DNA from: the human T2T-CHM13v2.0 reference genome, Homo sapiens
Reading direction: 5' to 3' (one strand)
DNA length: 64,000 bases
NCBI RefSeq assembly: GCF_009914755.1
Contig: NC_060928.1
Part shown: piece after piece, positions 28,410 through 43,139 of the stretch
Numbering within the stretch: position 1 is the stretch's first letter
Layout of the letters: every line of letters begins with the position of its first letter
Position numbers and translations under genes: made by a program
The notes under the pieces: model-generated
Databases searched by the model: none
Told to the model about the DNA's origin: nothing
What the model saw: only the letters and a program-made list of their open reading frames with translations

Positions 28410-28734
28410 CCTAAGATAATACCTATCAATTAGCAGCTGATCAATAACTAATATAACTTGAAATCCTGGATTCAGGGGCAAATTGCATTCCAAAGGTTTT
28501 TATCCTTTGTTTTTTTTAAAAAGGGAATATAAGTTATATACTGCATTTTGTGTAGTATCCCACTGTTGTTTGGGGCAGCGCCATAAAATCAAACATAGTG
28601 ATATGTCTGCAGTGAAATATATAAAGATTCATGCTGAGTGTGATAAAATGAGCCTCATATCATTTCATGTCAGTTCTCTGCCAAATGAGCTGTGAAAATT
28701 TTTTTATTTTTTAGATATTTCTAGACATTAGAAT

Positions 28735-28890
28735 AAGAATTAACATTTATTGAATATCTACTATATGTCAGGCACTGTTCTAAGCACTTTACATGTATTA
28801 ATTTAAGCCTCATGCAATGTTCTAAGGTAGGTAATCTTATTTCCATTTTATATTATAGGAGAGAAAACATGCTCAGAAAGGTTAAACCCT
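28735..28890 (-). mobile_element. MIR SINE
   Basis: aacatttattgaatatctactatatgtcaggcactgttctaagcactttacatg. Confidence 0.8.
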
Positions 28891-28899
28891 TGCTTTATT

Positions 28900-29620
28900 T
28901 GGGTTATAAAGTAAAGCAAAATGAGTCTAGAAAGATTTGTGTTAAACATTATAAAACTAAAAATAACTAAAAATAATTAGGAAGAACATAAAAATAGACA
29001 TTTATGACAGAAAGAAAGGAATATCTAAATTACAAGCAATGAAATAAATTATAGATAAAATAGTAACATTTTATTAAATATTATATAAAATTTCAGAACA
29101 CCAAAAATACTACATACAAATTTAAAGTTTAATAAACTAGAATAAATTTTTGCAACAGATATATTTGGTATATTCAATATATATAGAAATCAATAAAATA
29201 CTAAGACCTCAGTAGATTTCTTAAAAAGATATAAAGAAATCACACAAAAAAGAACTACTTGCAGAAAAGAACTAACATTGAAGTTTAAAATTCAAGTTTA
29301 AAAAATCTGAGACACAATTTTTCAAGTATCAAGTAAAGATTTTCATAACTTGTAATACTTTCTTCGGGCAAAGGAAGAGTTGTATATATTGTAGATATAA
29401 ACATATGTTCGTTCAAGCTTTCTAGAAAACATTGGCAGCAAATGCCAAATGCTTTAAGACTTCCTATAGCCTTTGAGGTAGTGATTAAATTTCTTTAGGT
29501 TCTGCTATAGAGAAATAACCAGAGATACAGGGAAAATATGTTTATCCACAAACATGTTTCAGCAGAGAGTAATTCATAATATTATTTGTAAAAGGAAACC
29601 AGTGCTTTCAAGGACAGATG
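28900..29620 (+). mobile_element. Highly degraded L1 (L1ME-type) fragment
   Basis: A-rich; ttgcaacagatatat, tgagacacaatttttc and aagctttctagaaaacattggca resemble late ORF2. Confidence 0.45.
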
Positions 29621-30489
29621 TATATAAAACAACTTCAAATAAATGAAGAGGGAAATATTGTTTGAACTGACCAATACACCACTTTTCAACACATTGCTGA
29701 GCCGAACAGAATAGGTGATGTCGTAAATTCATAGTTTAGTTTCCCAATGGCACATTAACAAGTCCTCTAGAGAGTTGTCGCCAGGGAACCTGAGACCCTG
29801 AAGCCATATATATAGGTAAGAGAGTTTCTGTACAGTTGTCCTCATCCAGGTAAGAGGGTGATTTTCACTGCAAAGATATTTTTTCCACAGTGAGTGATGA
29901 CAACTTGTGAAATTGTTACGCTCCACTGTGGACCTGTATGCTGTCCCTTTCTCTGAATCAGTTGTTAATACTATAACTTTAGGGCAGTATTAATTTTTAA
30001 GCCTCTGGGAACCAGATTAACCCAACTAGAGTCAAATAAAATAGCAATTTTAGCCATTAAAAGTGAACCTCATGCAATGTATTGACTTCTTTTTCTTAAT
30101 TCCAGCTCCAGCTCTTCTTCCTCCGTGCTCTCTGTTTTGTAATAATTTTCTTGGTAAATAGTTCCAGCAGCCATTCAGGTTTCCAAACAAGGAATCTAAA
30201 TATTACTGGAAGATATTTCCTCTCACTTGCACCCCATTGGAATAATCAATATTTTATATACTACTACTATATACTACTATTCTACATACAACTATTTCTA
30301 ATTATTTTATTTTGATTAAACATTACTTTTAAAAAAAAAAATGAGTGGCATCATTTTGGTGGTGACATTGTCACCAAGACCTTTGCATAAAAATCTCTTG
30401 AGTTGTTCCCCTTTTCCATATTCTTTGCAATTGTACTCATTTAGACCCTTTCACCTTGTGCTGGCCTGTTATCTTTAGCCACCTTAAAT

Positions 30490-31599
30490 TTACCCTTACA
30501 CCCTTCCTTCTCTTTCTCTATGCCCTAAAGAACCATCCTCTTTGGCATTTTCCTTGCCCTTCGGCTTCTGGTTGGGTTCTGTTTGGAGACACCAGAAGGA
30601 TTTAGAGGGTGGAAAGAAGGAGAGGTGGGTTTGTATTTCCCCCATTTCCTCCATGCTTCAGTGTGGTTCTAAAATATGCTACTTTGCTTCATCATGATAG
30701 ATTCTCCCATGTTTCCAGCCATCAGCCAGGCTTTCTTGATACCTTAAGGTTGGTAGGCTTAAGGGTAACCATGGCTTCCCAGTCTTGATAGTTCTAACCT
30801 GTTTTTTTTTTAACCCTACTCACATAGAAGTATTTTCTTTACTAAAATGTACATCATTAAAAAGTCAGGAAACAACAGGTGTTGGAGAGGATGTGGAGAA
30901 ATAGGAACACTTTTACACTGTTGGTGGGACTGTAAACTAGTTCAACCATTGTGGAAGTCAGTGTGGAAATTCCTCAAGGATCTAGAACTAGAAATACCAT
31001 TTGACCCAGCCATCCCATTACTGGGTATATACCCAAAGGATTATAAATCATGCTGCTATAAAGACACATGCACACGTATGTTTATTGCGGCACTATTCAC
31101 AATAGCAAAGACTTGGAACCAACCCAAATGTCCACCAATGATAGGCTGGATTAAGAAAATGTGGCACATATACACCATGGAATACTATGCAGCCATAAAA
31201 AACGATGAGTTCATGTCCTTTGTAGGGACATGGATGAAGCTGGAAACCATCATTCTGAGCAAACTATCGCAAGGACAGAAAACCAAACACGGCATGTTCT
31301 CACTCACAGGTGGGAATTGAACAATGAGAACACTTGGACACAGGATGGGGAACATCACACACCAGGGCCTGACATGGCATGGGGGGAAGGGGGAGGAATA
31401 GAATTAGGAGATATACCTAATGTAAATGACGAGTTAATGGGTGCAGCACACCAACATGGCAAGTGTATACATATGTAACAAACCTGCACGTTGTGCACAT
31501 GTACCCTAGAAAGTATAAGAAAAAAATAAAAATAAATTTAAAAAAGAAATCCCAGTATATTGTGCTATCTCTTTCCTGTTAAGACACAAGAGTGGTACA
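30490..31599 (+). mobile_element. LTR33-like ERVL LTR split by an L1PA insertion
   Basis: ccttgcccttcggcttctggttgggtt...gagaggtgggtttgtatttcccc before the L1; the LTR end tgtgctatctctttcctg...ggtaca follows it. Confidence 0.6.
30853..31547 (+). mobile_element. L1PA4/5-like 3' fragment with the ORF2 C-terminus still open
   Basis: ORF 30847-31320 reads [35 protein letters not shown]...SLTGGN (L1 ORF2p cysteine-rich C-terminus), followed by the L1PA 3' UTR and A tail. Confidence 0.97.
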
Positions 31600-33254
31600 C
31601 ACTCCTTTTCCCTATCGCTGAAATGGCCTCTATTGATTTCATGCCTATAGTCTTACCCTCACCACACTTTCTGTGCAAAACATCCTTCAGCCATTGACAG
31701 AGTATCCTTTCTCAAATGCAAACCTGATAGTGCCATTCTATCCTCAGCACACTCATCAGTATTCCCCATTGTCATTGGAAGTAGTTTCCAACCAGAGAGT
31801 TGTTGCTAAAAATCCTTATCACCCAAGCATTTTCCACGAAATAATCAAAGTCTTGTATATGCATATACTACTATTTTTAAGAACTATGCTACTGTGATTA
31901 ATTAAATGCCTGCTCGTTTAAAACATGACATGCTTCATACTGACTTTATCATTACATGTTTCTGCAAATAATCAAACATTCCATTGTATATGTCAAAATA
32001 ATCTTTACATTCAAATATAAAATCTAGATGCTAATTTTCCAGTTTATTCTTCTATTATTCACCCACATGCACTTACATTTTATTTAAGTGCCACATTCTC
32101 TCTGCATCTTCACTTTAGGTAATGTTTTTCCTATTTCTGAAAGGTACTCTTCCATACCCAATAACCCTTTCATGGCAAATTCTTCCCATATTTTTAATAG
32201 AAATATTACATTGAATGTCAATAGACTAAATTTTTATTTAAGTATTTTATGTGCATTGTCTCATTTAATACTCATTATAATTACTGAGGTGAAGTTTAAG
32301 AGGTTTGTACAGGTTTACAAATCATAAAGTGTAAAATTAAGACTTGAAATCAGACCTGATTTCACATCTACACCTTAAAATGTAAAATGTATTTTCCAAT
32401 AAGATGCTAATCCAGAAGATAAAAAAATTACATACTCTAAAAACTCTCTTACATGGCCATTCTCATTTTAATTTCCATGCCACTTTGTACATATTTTCTC
32501 ATACTATACTGCCATGATATGTTTGCTTATCTTTCCCACTATGCTATGAGATCTTTAAAGATGAAAACTTTTTCTTGCATTTTGTTTGTTCATCTTTTGT
32601 TTTACTTTGCTTCCAGAACTTGACAGCATAACTGAGTATCAAATATACAATAATTTATCAATAGTATTAGTGCTTTATAAAGGAATCATACTACTTTAAT
32701 ATTAAAATGAAGCAATGTCTTTTAGGAATTATTACATTGCAACATTTCCAAAAGTGCCCATTTAGTTTATATCCTTGATTCAATACCAGATTGATGTGCA
32801 CATAGTGTGGCATCTGACCATCCCATTGTGACAACTGTGTACTTTATTCTTGTTTCTTTATTAAGTTACCCAATAATGATTAATTGACCGTATGTGTTAA
32901 GAAATGTCAATTATTCTGTTAACTTTAACTGACTTCTTACATATATGAGTGCTGATAGTAGTTATTTTTTTGTCGCCAATATTATACATTGTAAATTATC
33001 TGCACAGGGAAAAACAGTTTACCTTGATGTCTTCATTTGTAATGTTTGTTGTTTCTAATTTACTCAATTATATAGACCAAATTTAGAAGATACATATAGG
33101 AAATGGAAAAGCAGTCAAACCTTTATATTTCAACCATAAAATCAATACATAAGAAAAAATAAATATTTAAACGTTGTTTAGCCACAAAATATTTTGTGAA
33201 AGATAAAGTTTATGAGAAATCGAATTGCAATCCAATTAATTCCATGAAAACATG

Positions 33255-33510
33255 CAATAATGATAACTAATATTTATTGGGGTTTGTTAAATGCAAGGCA
33301 TTGTCTGAGTGATTTACATGCATTAACTCATTTAATCCTCACAACTATGTGCAACAGACATTGTTATTTTCCTCATTTTATAGGTACAAAAACTGAAGTG
33401 AAACAAAGAAAAGCAACTTGCAAAGGTTATGCAACTAATGATGTCCCAAGTGGTATTTAGAACTCAGGTAGCTTACCTCTAAGACTGCTTAATTACTATG
33501 CAATGCTACC
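33255..33510 (-). mobile_element. MIR SINE
   Basis: aactcatttaatcctcacaac...cattttataggtacaaaaactgaagtg. Confidence 0.8.
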
Positions 33511-33734
33511 TTTATTAAACAATTGCTAATTGAATTATTATTATGGAATACAAGAAAATTGCATTAGAAATCAGGGAGTCCCTTTGCCCATTTTCTTGCC
33601 CTGACTAGTAAAAATGAGCTCAATGAACCGTCATAATTAATTGCCATTAAGCATAAAATCATATCAGTAATTTTTCTTTACCCTTACAAGGCAACCTCTG
33701 CATATAATTTGATTTCCCATGTAACAGGAGTATA

Positions 33735-33950
33735 TTGTAGTAATTGAAAGCATACTTACTAGAGCCAGTTCGCCTGAGTTCGAATTTTGGTTCCACCATT
33801 TTCTAGTTCTTTATTTCAATTTCCTCACCTAGAAAATTAGGTCAATAAGAGTATTGATTGTATAGGGTTGATGTGATGATCGCATTACTTAATACATATG
33901 AGGTACTTTCAACAGTGCCTGGCACAGACTTAGTTGCTAGTTATTACTAT
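33735..33950 (+). mobile_element. MIR SINE
   Basis: gcctgagttcgaatt...tttcctcacctagaaaat...aacagtgcctggcaca. Confidence 0.75.
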
Positions 33951-34287
33951 TTTCTTACTAAAAGTAGATTATGTAAATGTTTGGTGATAATTCATTAGGT
34001 AGCATTATGTGGAAATGAATAAGCTATTATTCCAATATATAGATTAGTCTATTGTGTCCTTTATTCATAGGAATTCTCTTTTACAGGTTCTGAAGCCCAT
34101 GTAAGGTTGAGACACATCATTAGACTTGCGTTCACTAATAGGTTTTAATTTGAGAACCATCTGTAAGAAATTGATAGTGGTTGCTTGGGTAAGCAGTTGA
34201 GATTCTTGAGATCACATAAGTACTCGGCAGGAAAGAGTGTTTTATTGGATTAATGGTTATGCTGTGGACTTGGGTCAGTAAGCTTGA

Positions 34288-34308
34288 GTTAGCACCCTGG
34301 ACAGCACT
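34288..34308 (+). promoter_or_regulatory. REST/NRSF RE1 silencer element
   Basis: GTTAGCACCCTGGACAGCACT versus consensus TTCAGCACCnnGGACAGCGCC: both half-site cores (AGCACC, GGACAG) intact with the canonical 2-bp spacer. Confidence 0.75.
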
Positions 34309-35143
34309 TTGCCCATCAATAATCAGATAGAAGAAGCAGGAGCAGGCTGTGTAAACAGATACGTTGGGACCTGGCATTATTTAGAAATTGGAATAAATAT
34401 ACACATGTGTGTATGTAACTCAATTTATATCTTACATTCATAGAAGAACTTAATTATTCTATTCGTGAAAAATCAAGATTATTCTGGTAGCTAAATATGC
34501 CAAGCAAAGTAGAGAAAAAGAATAGCTAAAATTTCATCAAGGCTATATTGTTTCTGTCCTTCTTACTCCAAAATAATGCATATTGTTATTTTCCTAATTT
34601 TTCTAAATCATTAATTAATTTATTTTTATTAAATTGAAGCTTATTGGACCTAAAGTGTTGGAATTTATAAGATTGGTAAATGTTGGCAATGATGTTTATA
34701 AGTCCTATTTTATTTAATAGCAATTTATGCGCTGCAAGGGAATGGTACTTAAATAAAATATTTTAAGAATACATAAGTGGTTTTTCTCCCTGGAGGATCA
34801 TTCCAGTGTCAATATATACCTTCTTCTCAAAACATATTAGTACTATGTTTTTCAATATTTTACCATAGAATTATAAATTCTCAGTGTGCTTCTACTATAG
34901 TGACAGAATTAAGTTTAATTCTGTTTCCCTGCAGTTAAAAATAAGGCAAATTAACGTCTGAATTGACCTTAATACTTAGTAACTTCTCTTCAAGGCACTA
35001 AGTTTCCATAGCAGGCAGTTGGCTTTCCTTGGCAAAATTTTTATCTTCACACTTGTCTTCCAGTTCTAAATTGATTAAGCCCTTCCAAATTCCTTTTTTC
35101 TTTTCCTTTTTTTTGTTAGTAGTTGTCTCATACAAAACTTATT

Positions 35144-35541
35144 CACCATAGAATACTATGCAGCCATAAAAATGAATGAGTTCATGTCTTTTGCAGGGTC
35201 ATGGATGAAGCTGGAAACCATCATCCTCAGCAAACTAACACATGAACAGAAAACTGAACAACACATGTTCTCACTCATAAGTGGGAGGTGAACAGTGAGA
35301 ACACATGGACACAGGAAGGGGAACATCACACACCAGGGCCTGTCGGGTGGTAGGGCGGAAAGGGAGGGAGAGCATTAGGACAAATATCTAATGCATGTGG
35401 GGCTTAAAACCTAGATGACAGGTCGATAGGTGCAGCAAACCACCATGACACATGTATACCTATGTAACAAACGTGCACATTCAGCACATGTATCCCAGAA
35501 CTTAAAGTAAAATAAAAATTAAAAATCCAAAAATTAAGAAA
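35144..35541 (+). mobile_element. L1PA8-like 3' end (5'-truncated)
   Basis: gcatgtggggcttaaaacctagatgac 3' UTR; TSD aaaacttatt at 35134-35143 and 35542-35551. Confidence 0.93.
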
Positions 35542-35949
35542 AAAACTTATTTTATTGTTTTAGCTTTAAAAATACTGTTTATTTTTAAGTTACTTGATTA
35601 GGACAGGTATTTTCAGATTTTTTAGGAATGCATTTTACAGAAAAAGATGTAGATTTTCAAGAAAAAGATTCCAAGAAAATAAAAATATTGTTAAGTGGTT
35701 GGCTCATGGAAAGAGAAGAGGAAGTAGATCCTCCTAGAATTGTATAAAGATGTTTCCTTTCCACTAACGGTAACTCAAACCTTCTGAAGGACCATTGATT
35801 GCCCTGTGCTTGATGAAACAAGGAAGAGTCAGGCTCTATCAGGTTCACACAACCCATTCCAAGCCCTAAATTTTAGTTTCTCTTTCTATGGTAAACTGTT
35901 GCCTGGAAGAAACCTAATTTTTTTTTCAAATATTTATCTTTTATTTCTT

Positions 35950-37520
<1,571 letters not shown>

Positions 37521-39814
37521 ATTCCTTTTTTTCTAATTGCCATTTCTTCCTCTCTTTGATCCCTCCTCTAGATTCCTATAGCACAGTATTGCTGCCTTTT
37601 TTTAACTTTTACATTTTTTGTACCACATATGAACATTCTTTACTCTATTACACATCAGCTACTTGAAGACAAGATTACAACTTCTTCACATTTGTAATTT
37701 TAACATCATTTAACATGTTACACATGACAGACCCTTAAAGAAAATTTACGAAAGAATTTTCAAATATTTTGGATATCAACTTGTTTAAAGGAGCATGGAC
37801 TGGAGGGTGCTTTGTGGTATGCAGAACATTCTTCTTTTGATAAGTTTTAAGAAAAATAAGATAATGATGAATTTTACAAATAATTTGCAAAAAAGCTCAA
37901 AAGGCAGAACAGAAGGACTTTTATCAGCTTAGGAAAAAAATACCATGAAATGTGGAAATATTTGGCATATAGAAATATGAATTTTACCTTCAAGGACAAT
38001 AGTCACATTGTTCACCATAGTCAGATGTCCATAAGCCTATCTTTAGCATGTGTTCTTTTAGTAGATGTTTGCCCACTCTGATGAATTAAAGAGCAGTAGT
38101 TGAATTCTCTGTTGAGGCAGCAATAGTCACTTAAGTTTATTTATCACATGAGTGCACTATCAACATAACACTACAGGGTGACAGTTTTCTGAGATCTTAT
38201 AGGACTAATTTAAAAAGAATCAGTATCACTGAGCTCCCTCCACTAGGATTTTATTCAGACTAACTGGATTTTCAGAGTTATCAAGAAAACAGGTACAACT
38301 GCACTCCTCAATGGATTCTAATTAGTATTTTTTATGACTAACAGATCTCTTTTTTACATTAACCTTTTTCTGTGTACACTTACCCACTTTTTTGACTATG
38401 CTGAGATGTAAAATTGTTCTCATTAAATTAGACTAAAGAGATAAGAATGATAATTTTTTGAGCTATACCAAACTATGCCGGGGAAAAATGCAAAAAAAGT
38501 AGATACTTCTGTTCCAGGTACAGTCTTACCACAAAAAAAAGTATTGATCATAGAGATAAATTTCTAAAACTTGCAGAAAGCAGCATTTTCTTGTTTGTAC
38601 ATTCCACAGTCTGGGTAGCAGGATTAATAATCATCAAATATAACAGCTCAACTAGTTTTGCTATGTCCATTAGTCCTGCTTTAAAACATTTCCCATTATT
38701 AAGAAACCTGTCATAAGATAAATACTTTGATGCAATAATATCCTCCGAATACACTGGCAGGCAAAGTGCCAAATGCCACAGAGCAAAAAGGCTCACAGAG
38801 CAAACTAAGATATTCAATTAATTGATGTATATAATTAATTAAAATGTACAGTGAGCTACAAGTGGGATAAGATGACATAGTTGGCACACTTGAGATATTG
38901 TGCGAGTGGAGTGGAAAACCATACTACCTAACTTCCAGACTGTGCAATGCTCATGTTCATATCTCTCCTCTCTCCCTCCATCTTTCTCTCCATCTCCATC
39001 TCCACCTTGATCTCCCTCTTTCTCTTCTGAACCATACTATCTTACTAACGGTATAGCTGCAAGCACCAGAATTGATGTTTCAGTAAATAACCCCAACAGT
39101 ACAAGAGACCTGGGACAAGCACATACAATTGCTTTACCAGAGAGATGCAAGGCAAATAGATCAATTGCTGTACTCACCAATTAGCCCTGTGGGAAGCTAT
39201 AAATTTTATTTGTATTTCTTCAGTAGGAGACATATGGGGCCAGAATTAATGCTACCAGTGAGTAACTACATGAAAACTTTAGAAACACCTAATGGCTTAT
39301 ATATATTTAGTGCTTCATGAGTAGTATGTGTAGTATGTGTTTCATATATATTCAGTGTTTCATGACTATTAGGTGTCTTGATGTCTCTATCTTTTTATAG
39401 CTATGTTCAACTTATACTCTGCTGACTACCTCAGTATCTTTACTTAGCATCTTATGGATTCTCTCTACATCTTACAAGCTTTTTGTTTCTACTGTATATA
39501 TACTTAACACATCTTATGAGTTTTGCCTATATATTACCCTTCTATTGTACACTCAAATATTTTAAAATCATTTATAACAAAACCTTTGTAGCAATATTAA
39601 AATTGTGTCACTACATTCAAAATGTATGACACATTTAAAACATTCAGAGGAAAGTAAAATAGAAAAGTTAGCATATGTGGCAGGATATATATATGGCTTG
39701 CAGTAAGCCATATTAGTAAAAGATAAAAATTCTTTCAATTGAATGAACTAGCATTTGAAGGGATTGGGGTTATACAGACAAGAAAGTTCAATAAATTCGG
39801 AGATAAATGTATTT

Positions 39815-40165
39815 GCTGTAATGGTCTGAATAGGCTAAGTTATGTTGTCTTTATAGAACCCTCAAAATCTCAACCTTAAAATTACAAAGGCTCATTTCTC
39901 ATGTATTCTTTATGTTCAACACAGGTTCAGCAATGGGCATATTATATTATAATAATGCCACCATTGCAGTACAAGGTTTTATGGTTTATCATGGCAAGAG
40001 ATAAGTGAATGAGGAAACTGCACTAGTTTTTATGTGTTTCCATCCAGAAGGGCTTCATTCACATTTTATTGCCCAAAGCCAGTCACTTTGCCACACATAG
40101 TTTCAAGGAGGTATGTAGCAAGAAAGAAAGGAAAACTGGAAGTTTGGAAAGCACCGGTAAAGTCT
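39815..40165 (-). mobile_element. Old MaLR LTR (MLT1J/K-like)
   Basis: ataggctaagttatgttg...aaaatctcaa...tcacattttattgcccaaagccagtcac. Confidence 0.6.
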
Positions 40166-41039
40166 TCCACAGTAGCTATTAACATGAAAGCAGCAGAACC
40201 TCACCAAATTCAGAGTTAACATTGAAGAGTGAAACCTATATTTATATGTGTGTGTGTATAAATGTACACATATATATATATATGTACATAAATCATCAGG
40301 ATGAACTGAATACAACTACATTCCTAATCAGCAGAAAGTTTGGAATCAAAAGAACTGGTATTATTAGAATGGCTCCTCCCTTACTAGGTTGTTCAGACTC
40401 ATTCATAGTTGGTCGTTGTAATGTAAACATACAACTTGTCCTTGTAATATAAACAGGCTCTGTAATTTGTCAAATGCTCCTTGGAACAAAGAGGTCAAGA
40501 TGATTCATTCCAAGATAGAACAGTCCAAGTAACATTAATATATAAATGTTTTCCCCATGCAATACTACCCTATGCAGACTTTGAAAGAAAATTAATAATC
40601 ACCTTGGCAAGACATCATGATTTTAGGAAACTTGTGAGGAGGGCAGCAGCAGCACTTGCTGAGGGAGTGCGGGATACTGAGCTAGCATGAGAATGCCCAC
40701 CAGCTCTAAAAAAAGAATCCACCCTGCTTTCCTAAGTACCAGGAACGAGCGATCAAAAAAGCTCCACTCAGCCTCCAGATTGAGGCTGAAATGCTTGAGT
40801 TAACAAGACTCAAAAGGGCACCTTTCTTCCAGGGAAAAGATGGAGAGGTAAGAGGGATGTTTGCCTTTTAATTACAAGAAATTTTCCACTTGTAGAAAAC
40901 AGGGAAAATTATTAATACAGTCCACATACTTAGTTTATGTTTTTGTATAACATAAATCTGGTCCTTCGAGAAAAGAACTGTCTGTTTTATTCTCAGGAAA
41001 GCTGTCCTCAAAAAAGATAGTATTTGATCACTGATCCTC

Positions 41040-41337
41040 TTTTTTTTCTTTCTTTCTTTCTTTCTTTTTTTTTTTTTTTTTTACATGAAGTCTCACCCTG
41101 TGGCCTGGCTCAATGCAACCTCTGCCTCCCGGGTTCAATTGATTCTCCTGCCTCAGCCTCATGAGCAGCTGGGATTACAGGAGCCTGCCACCATGCCAAG
41201 CTAATTTTTGTATTTTTAGTAGAGATGGGGTTTCACCATGTTGGCCAGGCTGGTCTCAAACTCCTGATCGCAGGTGATCCACCCGCCTTGGATTCCCAAA
41301 GTGCTGGGATTACAGGTGTGAGCCACCACACCTGGCC
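41040..41337 (-). mobile_element. Alu (AluS) with a short deletion near the 3' end and a (CTTT)n/T tail
   Basis: Antisense Alu ending cacctggcc; TSD cctctt. Confidence 0.95.
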
Positions 41338-42782
41338 CCTCTTGCAAGTTTTTAAGCAAGATGATACTGAAAGACCTCTAAGCCCTTCAACTCCATCTTT
41401 GAGGATAGTGAATGAAGCTACCATCACTGACCAGCAACTGCAGACTACTGTAGACCTACACATGACTGACATAGCTTCAGTGATGCCAAGACTGAATCTC
41501 CTGCTTTTAACATTCCCCCTCACACACATAGAGCCCATGTACACACTAGAGGATTGGAGCAAGAGAGGGAGAACTAATACATCTGCATTACTTGTAGAGC
41601 CTTAAAAAAAATGCACTTCAACTCTCACTCTCATTTTCTCATCTGTAAAATAGAATGGTAATATCTGCACCATTTTCCTCACTCTTAAACTGCGAAGATC
41701 AAATGAGTAAGTGCATATGAAAAGCCTCTGAAAGTGTCAATAGCTAGTTTTGTCATTAACAATCTGTTTATATTGAGTATTTATATCAGGTAGTCATAGT
41801 TTCTATATACACTTTTCTTTCCAAAACAAGTCATTTTCTAGTGGAAGAATGTTTCATCTGATATTTGGATTATGTATTTAATTGTAAAGGTAAACATATC
41901 TCCTGGAAGCACACTTATTGCAGATCTCCCTTTATAGCAAGGTATCCCACCTGTAGATTTAAAAGTGATGAGAGGGTTTATTTTAAAAATTAAATAATCT
42001 AAATCATCTTAAGAGAATATATAATACTAACTTTTTAGTGGTCAACACATCAGTTATTAAACAAATCTCAGCTGATAAATGTTTATACTTTATTATTACA
42101 GCTATTAACAACACAACCTGTATAAAACTGTAATAACCTTGTTATCTATTTTTATAAAAAATTTTGGACATGATTTGATAATTTTATAGAATTTTAGGAT
42201 ATTAAACTCAAAAGGATCTTAGAAATCATTTCAACCATGTCTGGATTAAAGAAACCAAGGCCAAGAAAACTTATGTTGCTCTTATAAGATTCTATAGTTA
42301 ACCATTGGCAGGATTGTAACTTTAACTTACAGTCACATTATCAAATAATGAATTTTTAAAACCTTTACAAAGAAACCATCTTCATTTTACATATTAGAGA
42401 GAATATATACTGTAGTGATTAATGAATAAAAAGAAGTTTTTCTTCAAAACTAATAAATGAAAACAAATATACCTATAATTAGTCAAATGGTGTACCATTG
42501 AGCATTAAATATGAATTAATTCCACGATGTATAAAAAACCCCCACAATTTTAAAAATAAGTATGCAGTATATGCAATGGATTAAACAGTGCCTAAAATAT
42601 TTGAATTTACTTTTAATTCAAATACTAATTCTAAAAGAGAATTAATGAAAATTATCTAACAACGGATTCCAAGACCTCCAGAAAGTATCAATTATGTGTC
42701 TGTCTGTGTATTCTGTAAAATATCTGAGTCTTTACAATTTGGTATACACCAAATTTATATATTTTTTTTCTTTTGAAATGCA

Positions 42783-43139
42783 ATGCAGCCATAAAAAAGG
42801 ATGAGTTCTTGACTTTTGCAGGGACATGGATGAAGCTGGAAACCACCATTCTCAGCAAACTAGCACAAGAACAGAAAACCAAACACTGCATGTTCTCACT
42901 CATAAGTGGGAGCTGAACAATGAGAACACATGGACACAGGCAGGGGAGCATCACACGATGGGGCCTGTCGTGGGGGTGCAGGGCTAGGGGAGGGAGAGCA
43001 TTAGGAGAAATACCTGGTGTAAATGACGGGTTGATGGGTGCATCAAACCACCATGGCACATGTACGCCTATGTAACAAACCTGCACATTCTGCACATGTA
43101 CTCCAGAACTTAAAGTATAATAATTTTAAAAAGAAAAAA
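42783..43139 (+). mobile_element. L1PA7-like 3' end (5'-truncated)
   Basis: atgcagccataaaaaaggatgagttc...gacgggttgatgggtgca...ccagaacttaaagtataat. Confidence 0.93.
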
